A stretch of DNA of 64,000 nt, from NCBI GenBank assembly GCA_035632315.1, contig DASQGZ010000010.1, positions 45,524 through 109,523 of the forward strand. The letters are read 5' to 3'. Numbering within the stretch: position 1 is the first letter of the stretch; each line of letters opens with the position of its first letter. A model generated the notes under the pieces. The model was not told where the DNA came from. It saw only the letters and a program-made list of their open reading frames with translations, and did no database searches. Below are positions 1 to 8,838 of this stretch, in pieces. This DNA comes from Candidatus Kapaibacterium sp. (GTDB taxonomy: Bacteria; Bacteroidota; Ignavibacteria; Palsa-1295). Both the position numbers and the translations under genes were made by a program.

Positions 1-246
1 ACCGAAAGGTTACTCATTTACCCGTCACACGCTCATTACGTTCAATGGCGATGGCACTGCCACATTAGAGGTGACACGCAATGGCGGTACCGTCGATACC
101 TATACGATCGACACACGTTGGGGACTCTGGCTGCGCAAAGGCCGCTAAGAAAAGTTTGGTAATCCCGAATCAAGTTACGCAAGGGAAGATAACGTACACA
201 ACAACCAGCACGCAGCCCGCCTGTTTCTACAGACGGGCTGTTTGGT

Positions 247-1545
247 TTATACGAGATTCTGATAGAACAATGCTCCGCATTTGACCCCGCGATGAAAATT
301 TTTCAGATTCATTTTCTCGTTCGGCGAGTGAGCGTTCTGATCGGGTAAGCCGAAGCCCATCAAGACGGTCGGCGCTCCGAGGATCGTTGCAAAGCTATTG
401 ACGATCGGGATAGAGCCGCCTTCGCGGGTTAAGAACGGCTCCTTGCCGAAGACTTCACGCATTGCTTTGCGGGCGGCGTTCATTCCATGCGAATCAATTG
501 GCGTCATTGCAGGCATTCCGCCGTGCAGGTCGATCACTTTAATCTTCACTCCGGCAGGTTTTATCTTGTTAAAGAACGCCTCGAATTTTTTTGCGATCTC
601 GTCCGGCGTTTGATTCGGAACAAGACGCATCGAAATTTTTGCGTATGCTTTCGATGGCAGAACGGTCTTTGCGCCTTCGCCGGTGAAGCCACCCCAAATC
701 CCGTTGCAATCGAGCGTCGGGCGCGACCACATACGTCCGAGTTCGGAATAACCCAATTCTCCGGGCGTTGCATCGGTTTCGAGATCTTTCATAAATGCAT
801 TGCGATCGAATGGCAGTCGGGCAATTTCTTTTCGCTCGGCATCGGAGATCGCGACGACATTATCATAAAATCCGTTGATCAAAACTTTGCCGTTTGCATC
901 TTTGAGTTTCGAGATCATCACCGCAAGTGCGTTGATCGGATTTTCGACAGCGCCACCGAAAAAACCGGAATGCAGATCGCGGTTCGGTCCCGTTACTTCA
1001 ACTTGCATATAACAGAGGCCGCGCAGGCCATAACACAAAGACGGCTGGTCGTAGCCGAACATCGGCGTATCGCTCACCATCACGGTATCGCAAGCGAGAA
1101 GCGTTTTATTATCTTCGAGAAATTTATCAAGGTTCGGCGAACCGATCTCCTCTTCGCCTTCGATGATGACTTTCACGTTCACCGGCATCGTGCTCGACGT
1201 GCGAAGATGTGCTTCGATCGCTTTGAGCTGCATCAGGACTTGACCTTTATCATCGACCGACCCGCGCGCATAGATATTATCGTTCTCGATATGCGGTTCG
1301 AACGGAGGATGCGTCCACAGATCGAGCGGATCGACAGGCTGAACATCGTAGTGTCCGTACAGGAGCACTGTCGGCGAATTTTTTCCGGCATCGAGCCGCT
1401 CGCCATACACAACAGGGTGTCCGGCAGTTTCCATGATGCGAATATTATTTAAGCCGATGCGTTTCATTTCATCTCGCACCCATTCGGCACAGCGGCGAAC
1501 CTCGCCTTTATGCTCGGGCGATGTCGAGATCGACGGAATTCGCAA
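247..1545 (-). CDS. M20-family metallopeptidase (dipeptidase / ArgE-DapE-CPG2 superfamily)
   Basis: 432 aa ORF. Contains HYDVQP..D, SVDDKGQ and EEIGSP motifs typical of M20 peptidases and a dimerisation-domain-like middle region. Confidence 0.85.
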   Translation of the reverse strand: MRIPSISTSPEHKGEVRRCAEWVRDEMKRIGLNNIRIMETAGHPVVYGERLDAGKNSPTVLLYGHYDVQPVDPLDLWTHPPFEPHIENDNIYARGSVDDKGQVLMQLKAIEAHLRTSSTMPVNVKVIIEGEEEIGSPNLDKFLEDNKTLLACDTVMVSDTPMFGYDQPSLCYGLRGLCYMQVEVTGPNRDLHSGFFGGAVENPINALAVMISKLKDANGKVLINGFYDNVVAISDAERKEIARLPFDRNAFMKDLETDATPGELGYSELGRMWSRPTLDCNGIWGGFTGEGAKTVLPSKAYAKISMRLVPNQTPDEIAKKFEAFFNKIKPAGVKIKVIDLHGGMPAMTPIDSHGMNAARKAMREVFGKEPFLTREGGSIPIVNSFATILGAPTVLMGFGLPDQNAHSPNEKMNLKNFHRGVKCGALFYQNLV

Positions 1546-1651
1546 AAACTCTTTCAGCTCGTCTTCGTAGCGAGATTTATTTTGATCGGTACTGTCCTAA
1601 TTTGAAAGTCGCTCAGGGAATGAAAATGGGAGACGACAAAAAGTATATGTG

Positions 1652-2107
1652 CTATGAAGGGAATGCAAATCCATTTTCGTGCAGAGTGAGTACAAGTCTC
1701 GCAATAGAATCTGCTAATTCACCAGTCTCTTTAATAAGAAATTCTGTACCATCGGCTTGCTTATAGCCGATGTGCCAACGAGCCAATGTAGCTGACTGGT
1801 CTAACCGATACTCTTGCCCATCGACATTAATATGCTTTGGCAAATATTTGCTTAACAGAGAGACGCCGTATGCGGGACAAATGTATTCGTCTTGTGGCTC
1901 TAAGGGGTGATGAGGATCGGGATAAAAGTAATTATTGAGGTCAATCTGTCTTGCGATAGAAATATACTCTTCTCCCTTAAACCCCGCCGTGTGAAGTTCA
2001 AGCGATAGATTTAACGAAGCAATGTCTTTCCCTTCTTGCATAATTTTTTGATTGCTTTGCTTGTAAGACAGCGGAACCAAGCGATAGGTGCCCTTTTGTT
2101 GAATCAT
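1652..2107 (-). CDS. hypothetical protein (no recognisable domain)
   Basis: The six-frame ORF runs 1652..2194. An internal Met preceded by a plausible RBS gives about 151 aa. Sits in an AT-rich region and is divergent from the next small ORF. Confidence 0.35.
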   Translation of the reverse strand: MIQQKGTYRLVPLSYKQSNQKIMQEGKDIASLNLSLELHTAGFKGEEYISIARQIDLNNYFYPDPHHPLEPQDEYICPAYGVSLLSKYLPKHINVDGQEYRLDQSATLARWHIGYKQADGTEFLIKETGELADSIARLVLTLHENGFAFPS

Positions 2108-2123
2108 TAGAAAGGGACACAAT

Positions 2124-2348
2124 ATGGATTTTGACTCAGAAGAATTTACTCGACAGGTAATGGCAGATGCAATAGCACAAGTGCGGGCAAACATAGAATC
2201 TGCAATTTCTACTGTGATTTGCCCGGTACATCATCAAAGACCGACACTCATTGATAACTATGGTGATCCAGAACAGCCATTTTCTGTAAGGGCGTGTTGT
2301 GAAGAATGTAAGCAGCTTGCCCAGCAGGCAATAGAATGGAATCAATAG
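2124..2348 (+). CDS. small hypothetical protein, Cys/His-containing (CPVHH...CCEEC), possible zinc-ribbon
   Basis: 74 aa ORF with an AAAGGGA RBS-like purine run 8 nt upstream. No family recognised. Confidence 0.3.
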   Translation: MDFDSEEFTRQVMADAIAQVRANIESAISTVICPVHHQRPTLIDNYGDPEQPFSVRACCEECKQLAQQAIEWNQ

Positions 2349-2548
2349 GTGTAACAAAACGACGTTAAAAGTGTTATTCTTACTGTAAGAAAGGCATCCC
2401 CAGTCCTGTAGATATAGTGTCCCAGTAAGCATTTGATTTTATTATTGTTATTAACTTTTCTGCAATATAATTTGGATTTTCAAAGTTTTTTTAGTATATT
2501 ATGATGTGCTATTAGGAGCACCTATATTAGGCACCTACTTAAGATAAC

Positions 2549-3025
2549 ATGGCTACATTACACGAGATAGCGAATTATTTCATAGAGAAAGCATACGAGA
2601 ATAATAAACCAATTTCCAATAAGAAGTTGCAGAAGTTGGTCTATTATGCTCAAGTGTGGTTTTTGGTGCATTACAATACCAAATTATTTCGAGATAAGAT
2701 CGAAGCGTGGATACATGGACCAGCCATACCAGCTTTATATTCAAAGTATCGTCGATTCAGCTATGGTAACCTACCTCAACCTACTGAATCTATAAACCTT
2801 CCAAACAGTATCACTGCGTTTTTAGATGAAGTATGGAGAGTTTATGGAAAACTCGATGCGAACTACCTCGAACAATTGACCCACTCGGAATTACCTTGGC
2901 AGCAAGCCAGGGAAGGATTAGATATAAATCAAAGTTCTTCTAAAGAAATTAATATGACATTTGCAAAGAACTTCTATGCCCAACTCCTCAATAATTCTTC
3001 AGGCGATACCGGAGCCACAGCATAA
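2549..3025 (+). CDS. Panacea-domain (DUF4065, SocA/GepA-like) protein, putative PanA-type antitoxin
   Basis: 158 aa. The N-terminus 'NKKLQKLVYYAQVWFLV...IEAWIHGP' matches the conserved KLxKLLYYAQ-W core of DUF4065/Panacea domains. Confidence 0.7.
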   Translation: MATLHEIANYFIEKAYENNKPISNKKLQKLVYYAQVWFLVHYNTKLFRDKIEAWIHGPAIPALYSKYRRFSYGNLPQPTESINLPNSITAFLDEVWRVYGKLDANYLEQLTHSELPWQQAREGLDINQSSSKEINMTFAKNFYAQLLNNSSGDTGATA

Positions 3026-3407
3026 TGAATTAGGTGTAATACCTGATGCTGTAACAACAAATGAAAGAATAAAAGAAGATGCAGACTTTATCGTAAATTT
3101 TTCATTTAAAGACTATAATAGCGGAGAATGCCAAGTTTCTAAATTGTCCGATAAAACCGCTAAGCAAGTAATGACGAAGCTGAAAGATGTTAGTGGAAAA
3201 CCCCTCCCTAAATTTAAAGAACATCTTGAACCAATTGAATATAAGGGTGAGTATAAAAAAATATTCCATGGGCTTTCCCCGGATGTCGAAATGTATGAAA
3301 TTAAATGTAGTGGAGATAAGAGAGTGTTTGGGCATTTAACTTCATACATTTTTAACATCACAGCGGTCAGAACTTCACATTATGAAATAGCGAAAGTGCG
3401 TCGATAG
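2976..3407 (+). CDS. hypothetical protein, candidate toxin partner of the Panacea-domain gene (start uncertain: 2961, 2976 or internal)
   Basis: The ORF overlaps the 3' end of the upstream gene in another frame. The C-terminal segment 'YEIKCSGDKRVFGHL...IFNITAVRTSHY' loosely resembles RelE/ParE/Gp49-like toxin cores. The stop codon directly abuts the stop of the IS1-like transposase. Confidence 0.4.
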   Translation: MPNSSIILQAIPEPQHNELGVIPDAVTTNERIKEDADFIVNFSFKDYNSGECQVSKLSDKTAKQVMTKLKDVSGKPLPKFKEHLEPIEYKGEYKKIFHGLSPDVEMYEIKCSGDKRVFGHLTSYIFNITAVRTSHYEIAKVRR

Positions 3408-4340
3408 TCACGCCGCTACACTCCACGTTCGTTCTTCTCGGAGCAAATCTTCCCAAGTCCAGACCGAACGCACTACACCTGCTGCCATTGCCGGGGTGCA
3501 ACGTACCGAGGAATGGATTCTGAGGAAATTGTAATGGTAAAAGTGCAGGGCTATTGCAGCCTTTAGATTCTCCAACTTCTTGCTGAATCCATTGGTCAGC
3601 CGAGTCAGGCGACGGCTTGACATACGAACGGTAAGGTTCTGTCGCTCAATGTACGAGGTTGAAATCAGTTTAGGGTCAGGACGACCGAGCAGAGCGCGTA
3701 TCGTAACCGACACGATCTTTTGAGGCGAGTAACGGCGTTGCTCTTCGGGAGTGTTGGCGCCGTAGGTCTTGACAACCTGTCCGTAATGCACATCACCACC
3801 TAATGCACGATATACCGAAGCAGGATAAGCATTAAACGCATCGGTACTTAGTTGAAACTCTCCCTTGATCTTCGCGGCGAGGTCGTACATCAGTAAATCA
3901 GTGAGCTCCTGAGTGCGTTTGCCAACAAAGAACGACGGTACGAGCTTGCTTTCAGCGTCGAGAGCAATGAAAATCCATTGGTCGCCCATTTCGGGTTTAT
4001 CTTCAATCTGCACCTGTTTCTGTTTCTTACCGACAAAAGCCCATATCTCATCGCATTGTACGACTTTGCAGTTGAGATTGCGGAGCGTTCTGTCTTGAAT
4101 GACCTGTGCTTTCTCCCCGGCACGGACAGTCAGACGCATAATAGTATCACGGTGGATTCCGGTAATTCGCTCGGTCGAGCGAATAGAGTTGCCTTCGCAA
4201 AGAAGGCTGAGAACAGTTGCCTGTTCTTCTAAGGATAATTTATTCATGTTCGTTACAAGATGAATTATGGAAATTGCCTTGTAACGGACAGTGTTAAACT
4301 GTCAGGGCTGACAGGGTTTGTTCGTTACAAGACTGTTAGT
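3400..4340 (-). mobile_element. IS1-like insertion sequence (ends not confidently delimited)
   Basis: Carries the transposase gene. Just past the transposase start, about 4248..4335 is highly structured: direct repeats GTTCGTTACAAG x2, an inverted partial CTTGTAACGGAC, and a CTGTCAGGGCTGACAG palindrome. No matching inverted repeat was found at the other end, so this may be a degraded or solo copy. Confidence 0.45.
3408..4247 (-). CDS. IS1-family transposase (fused InsA-HTH + InsB-DDE)
   Basis: 279 aa. The N-terminal HTH reads 'LSLEEQATVLSLLCEGNSIRSTERITGIHRDTI'. The C-terminus 'IERQNLTVRMSSRRLTRLTNGFSKK..HFYHYNFLRIH' closely resembles the IS1 InsB C-terminus. Confidence 0.7.
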   Translation of the reverse strand: MNKLSLEEQATVLSLLCEGNSIRSTERITGIHRDTIMRLTVRAGEKAQVIQDRTLRNLNCKVVQCDEIWAFVGKKQKQVQIEDKPEMGDQWIFIALDAESKLVPSFFVGKRTQELTDLLMYDLAAKIKGEFQLSTDAFNAYPASVYRALGGDVHYGQVVKTYGANTPEEQRRYSPQKIVSVTIRALLGRPDPKLISTSYIERQNLTVRMSSRRLTRLTNGFSKKLENLKAAIALHFYHYNFLRIHSSVRCTPAMAAGVVRSVWTWEDLLREERTWSVAA

Positions 4341-4407
4341 TCTTAGAAAACCGTAGGTGTTAGTAGCACCTGCGGTTTTCGTTATTTGAGCGGGTTGTAA
4401 ACCTATT

Positions 4408-5331
4408 CTATGGCAGTAAAGGTTTCAAGGAATTAAGAAAGAGTCCGACTGCATCATATATTTTCCATCCTTCTCTCTTGTGTGCTGGCGGTACGCCAAT
4501 AAAGATGTGCGGATGAGCAACGGGGTTACGCCAAATGTCTTTCATAAGACGGAAAGAAAATACAAGGTTTTTGTATTTGTCTGGGTCTGCTTGAATATCC
4601 ATGTGAACATTGGAAAGATTTTTCTTTACACGGAAATCCTCCACTTGGTTGTCAATAAGTGTAAGAATCTGATCCCATTGTGCATCTTCAATTGCGATAG
4701 GATTGCCATTTTTTAATGGCTGCACCCCTAATTTCTTTCCAAGTAGTTGACTAACGCTTTCGATAATTCGCATAAGGTGAAAGACCGCTGCGGTCTGTTG
4801 GTCTAATGCTAAGCATTTTGAAGCACTGACTACATCAAAACAGTAAATGTATAAGGCTGAATGTTCTTTTAATTCAAATGGGTCATTATTATCGAATTTT
4901 TCAGCTTCATCGGAAAGGAGCCACAAAAATTTACATTCTTCAATTTCCGATTCAATTATGCGCTCTAAACCATCAATGGCAGAGTGCATATCAATTAGAC
5001 TAAGATTTGTAATTGGTCGTCTTTGAAGCACCTCTATTGTACTACGAAGCTGCTTTTTTGAGTGTGTTAGCCCCAACATATCTATATTTTCTTTAATTTT
5101 ATCCTTTTCGAAGGCTAATAATATGATCTTGGTAGCTGTTTCTATTGCCTGTTGATCGACAATTGACTTTTGCATAAACCAACTAAGCGGCTCTTTGAAG
5201 ACAGCAGTTGCCAATTTCATTTGTCCGCCTATATGATAGACCGCATCTGCATTGAATTCTTTCATGTCCTTTAGAGTAAATAAACGTCGTTCAAATATAC
5301 TCTTTAAAATCAGCGACTTAACGGTTTCCAT
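4408..5331 (-). CDS. hypothetical protein with C-terminal Rx4H motif (HEPN-like), possible Abi-type RNase
   Basis: The track ORF 4408..5421 begins with TTG; the first ATG gives 307 aa. The C-terminal region has 'IWRNPVAHPHIF', which fits the R[NQDH]xxxH HEPN signature. Lies in an AT-rich island beside the TA pair and the IS element. Confidence 0.35.
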   Translation of the reverse strand: METVKSLILKSIFERRLFTLKDMKEFNADAVYHIGGQMKLATAVFKEPLSWFMQKSIVDQQAIETATKIILLAFEKDKIKENIDMLGLTHSKKQLRSTIEVLQRRPITNLSLIDMHSAIDGLERIIESEIEECKFLWLLSDEAEKFDNNDPFELKEHSALYIYCFDVVSASKCLALDQQTAAVFHLMRIIESVSQLLGKKLGVQPLKNGNPIAIEDAQWDQILTLIDNQVEDFRVKKNLSNVHMDIQADPDKYKNLVFSFRLMKDIWRNPVAHPHIFIGVPPAHKREGWKIYDAVGLFLNSLKPLLP

Positions 5332-5725
5332 TGTAGTGCAGAGATAGTTAAAACTTGGGTTTTGCCTATCTCTACAAGCCGCCGGAGATAAGCGACCGAG
5401 AATAACTTCCTCAGTTGTCAAAGATCACTGTCCGGCGGCGGACAGAGAACATAAAGTATAATGCAAATTTTCTCTGCCCTAACTTAGGTCAAATTAGGAC
5501 AGTACCTTTTGATCGATAAAAGAAAGTAAGTCCATGTTTTGGTGTTGTACAATTTCTGCCGATCATCCGGCGGCACATAAACAATTATTTTGCTGACGAA
5601 AGTCCTCCGATAGTGGGTTGCCCATTAAATAACTCGCTACTTAATAAGATATAATGTGTTTTATCTATAGCATATGCTGACAGAAGCATACACTAAATAA
5701 ACAAATTATCGTGAAGGAAATAGAT

Positions 5726-6466
5726 ATGAAAAAATACATTCTGCTGCTCATCTTTGCGTTCACCGTAAATGTTACCGGTGCTTCGAATGCACAATCGGCG
5801 CTTGATAGGCGGATCACCGTCAGCGGCGACGCCGAAATAAAGGTGGTGCCGGATGAAGTGATCATTTCGATGGCTGTGCAGACGAACGATATGGATATTG
5901 ATAAAGCGCGCTCTGATAACGACACAAAGACTTCAGCGGTGCTTGCAATGGCTCGCCGTTATGGTATTGCAGAAAAAGATCTGCAAACGGATTTTATGTC
6001 TGTCGAGCCCAAATATGATTATAATAATAACAACAGAGAGCAAAAATTTCTGGGGTATTATATAACGAAAAATATTACCGTTACGCTCAGAGATATTTCG
6101 AAGTTCGACAAGTTTATCGCCGAGGCATTGAAACTCGGAACGAATTTTGTGCAGGGGATCGACTTTCAGATCTCAAAACTTCGCCAGTACCAAGACTCGG
6201 CGCGCATTGTTGCGATTCGAACGGCAAAAGAAAAAGCAACGGCGCTTGCTGGTGAAGTAGGGCAAAAGATCGGCAAACCGATCACGATCACCGAGTCGAA
6301 TCAAAATGTGTATGGCCCGCGGTTGGCCCGCAACTCAATGCGATATAATAATGCCGGATTCTCGATAAGCGAAGTGTCGGCGGTTTCCTCCGATGGACCT
6401 GCCGTAGCGCCGGGACAACTGATGGTAAGAGCAAGTGTTTCTGTAGTATTTGAAATGGAAAATTGA
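5726..6466 (+). CDS. SIMPL-domain (DUF541, BP26/OMP28-like) periplasmic protein
   Basis: Signal peptide, then the 'ITVSGDAEIKVVPDEVIISMAVQT' opening and 'APGQLMVRASVSVVFEM' ending typical of SIMPL domains. AAGGAA RBS before the ATG at 5726. Confidence 0.75.
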   Translation: MKKYILLLIFAFTVNVTGASNAQSALDRRITVSGDAEIKVVPDEVIISMAVQTNDMDIDKARSDNDTKTSAVLAMARRYGIAEKDLQTDFMSVEPKYDYNNNNREQKFLGYYITKNITVTLRDISKFDKFIAEALKLGTNFVQGIDFQISKLRQYQDSARIVAIRTAKEKATALAGEVGQKIGKPITITESNQNVYGPRLARNSMRYNNAGFSISEVSAVSSDGPAVAPGQLMVRASVSVVFEMEN

Positions 6467-6528
6467 CTTTGGCGGGCAACAAAACTTCGAAAAATGGGTT
6501 ATATCGTCTTGTGAATAATCCGATTCAA

Positions 6529-7056
6529 ATGAAAAAGACCATATTTACTTTTGTTTTATTGACTTCGATCCTTTTCGGCCGGAATACTTTTGCCAACCCT
6601 GATTCTCTTGCTATTGCAGCGAATATGAAATTCTCGGTGCAGGATGTCAATGGCACAGACGCGAATTTTTCGGGTTATCTCGGCAAAGGGCCGCTGCTTG
6701 TCAACTTTTGGGCGCTCTGGTGCGAACCGTGCAAGCAGGAGATGAAAGCGTTCGTTCAACTTTCCGATAAATTGAAAGATAAAGGCGTCTCGATGGTCTC
6801 GATCAACACCGATCAGGTGAAATCCCTTGCGAAAGTACGCGCATACGTCAAAACACATGGCGTTAATTATCCTGTACTTCTTGATCCGGACGGAGCGATC
6901 GCACGCAACCAATTCTCGATGGAGTCGCTGCCGTATTCGCTTATCCTCAAGCCGGACGGAACAGTCTATAAGAAACATATCGGCTTTACCGCGGGCGATG
7001 AAGTGAACATAGAAAAAGAACTTGACGAACTGATCGCACAGCTCGGAAAAAAATAA
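6529..7056 (+). CDS. TlpA/ResA-like thiol:disulfide oxidoreductase (thioredoxin fold)
   Basis: Signal peptide plus 'LLVNFWALWCEPCKQEM' WCxxC active site. Redox-active thioredoxin-like lipoprotein or periplasmic protein. Confidence 0.85.
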   Translation: MKKTIFTFVLLTSILFGRNTFANPDSLAIAANMKFSVQDVNGTDANFSGYLGKGPLLVNFWALWCEPCKQEMKAFVQLSDKLKDKGVSMVSINTDQVKSLAKVRAYVKTHGVNYPVLLDPDGAIARNQFSMESLPYSLILKPDGTVYKKHIGFTAGDEVNIEKELDELIAQLGKK

Positions 7057-7089
7057 GCTTTTGTTGCCAAACGTTGTGTTGTCGTATCT

Positions 7090-8781
7090 TTGAGGATTCA
7101 TATTCCGACCCTTGTGAAAACATTATTATTTGTTATCATAATCGTGCTAGCCACGATGAGTGCCGCGTTTGCTCAGGAGCTTGGGAACGGTGTTGCTGCT
7201 GTCGGCTCGAATTTATTTCGCATTGGCTCTGGAGAAACGGATAATAATGTCGGCACAACGACCCGCAAACGATATTTCGAAGAGATCGCGAACGCCAGAA
7301 TTTTTTTCAACAATCTCTCGATCGGCCTTCGATATGAAATGGACGATCCGAGCGAAGTCGGACAATCATTTCAGGGTCTTCGCCGTCGCTGGATCGAATA
7401 TAAAAAAGACGGGTTGGACGTCGAAGCTGGCCACGTGACATCCTTGTGGGGTCGCGGGCTTTCGATCAATAATTTCGAATCGCGTCCGCTTAATTACGAC
7501 GCATGGCTCGACGGATTCAGCGGAGCATACGAATACAAGTGGACGAAAGACGAAGCAGATTCGCGTCCGTCACTCGGTGTGCGCGCAATGGCAGGCAATT
7601 TGCTTTATCACGATATTGATACAACCCGCCCCGATCAAAGCGTATCCGCGAGGGCGATCAATAGTGAGTTCGGTCTGTTCGGAAAAAAATTATCGCTTGG
7701 ATTATCTTTTTTACAAGGCTTCACTTCCGTACAAGGGCTGAGTTTCGGACGATCGGTTTATACGACGAAAGAAGTAAATCAGCCTGAAATGTATCTTTCG
7801 TTCTTTGAAGGACCGATGTCGGGTTTTTTCGGCTTTACCGAATCGCGCGCACATCTTGACCAAGTCCGAAGCATGGCTGCCGATATCGGTCATATTGGCA
7901 AAGCAATGTACGGCTCGCTCTCGTATGCCGGCGACCAGTTCGGCTTGACGATGGAATATAAGAACTACGCGTATTTCATTCATTCGCAGAACGACCCGAA
8001 CGCGAATTATTTTTCGAAACTCCCTGTCTCAAGCCCGCCGGAAGTGTATAAAGATTTTACATACACATCGATCACCAGAACAACCCATGCAGTGAACTTC
8101 GACGACGAACTCGGCTATCAGATCGAAGCGACGATCAGCGCAATCCCGGAATATATCATTACGCTTAACGCCTCGGCGTCGAGCCGTCATAACAGCTACT
8201 CGAGCCAGCTCGATACGAACGGTATACCATTGATCAGCGCCTCGACCGATGTGCTCCCAAAATTTTCCGATAATAATTTCTTTCCGTTCTGGGAGTGGTT
8301 CACGGAAGTCGAGCATGATTTCGGCGATCTTGATTACATTAAATTTTTTGCGCATCGCCGAAGCGATGTCATTGCTTCGAGCGGCACGAGCGCCGACGTC
8401 AAACGCAGCACAACGGTGGGACTCAAATTTCAGTACGAAACGGTTCGGTCGCAGAGCTTGCTTATTTCGCTGGAACATCAGTGGATGTTCGACGCCGAGC
8501 GACCGCTCAACGACCATAACTTATTGAACGAGTTGGTTATGGCGCAATATTCATTTAATCCGGTCATTACGTTCGGGATGACATGGGATTTTTCGACATG
8601 GTACGAAGCGGGACGGCATATTTGGCCGGAAGCTGTTGTATCGTATAGAATTGGAAGCGGCGCTCATACATTATTGATGACCTACGGCGCCGAGCGAGGT
8701 GGTCTTAATTGCTCCGGCGGTGTCTGCCGCTATGTCCCGGCGTTCAATGGGCTGCGCGTGACGCTTACTTCACAGTTATAA
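7090..8781 (+). CDS. putative outer-membrane beta-barrel protein (porin-like), function unknown
   Basis: 563 aa with signal peptide (..AAFAQ). Many alternating amphipathic strands rich in G/Y/F/W. Co-oriented with the neighbouring secreted-protein genes. Confidence 0.45.
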   Translation: MRIHIPTLVKTLLFVIIIVLATMSAAFAQELGNGVAAVGSNLFRIGSGETDNNVGTTTRKRYFEEIANARIFFNNLSIGLRYEMDDPSEVGQSFQGLRRRWIEYKKDGLDVEAGHVTSLWGRGLSINNFESRPLNYDAWLDGFSGAYEYKWTKDEADSRPSLGVRAMAGNLLYHDIDTTRPDQSVSARAINSEFGLFGKKLSLGLSFLQGFTSVQGLSFGRSVYTTKEVNQPEMYLSFFEGPMSGFFGFTESRAHLDQVRSMAADIGHIGKAMYGSLSYAGDQFGLTMEYKNYAYFIHSQNDPNANYFSKLPVSSPPEVYKDFTYTSITRTTHAVNFDDELGYQIEATISAIPEYIITLNASASSRHNSYSSQLDTNGIPLISASTDVLPKFSDNNFFPFWEWFTEVEHDFGDLDYIKFFAHRRSDVIASSGTSADVKRSTTVGLKFQYETVRSQSLLISLEHQWMFDAERPLNDHNLLNELVMAQYSFNPVITFGMTWDFSTWYEAGRHIWPEAVVSYRIGSGAHTLLMTYGAERGGLNCSGGVCRYVPAFNGLRVTLTSQL

Positions 8782-8838
8782 ATTTTCGGAAACACTTCGC
8801 CTTTTTTTGGGTTATATGGGTAAATTGCTCATAGACCT

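Noticed and set aside
487-1452. 321-aa ORF on the + strand inside the M20 peptidase gene
   Set aside because: Entirely antisense to a well-supported peptidase CDS. No motifs, and Arg/His-rich composition typical of a shadow ORF in GC-rich coding DNA.
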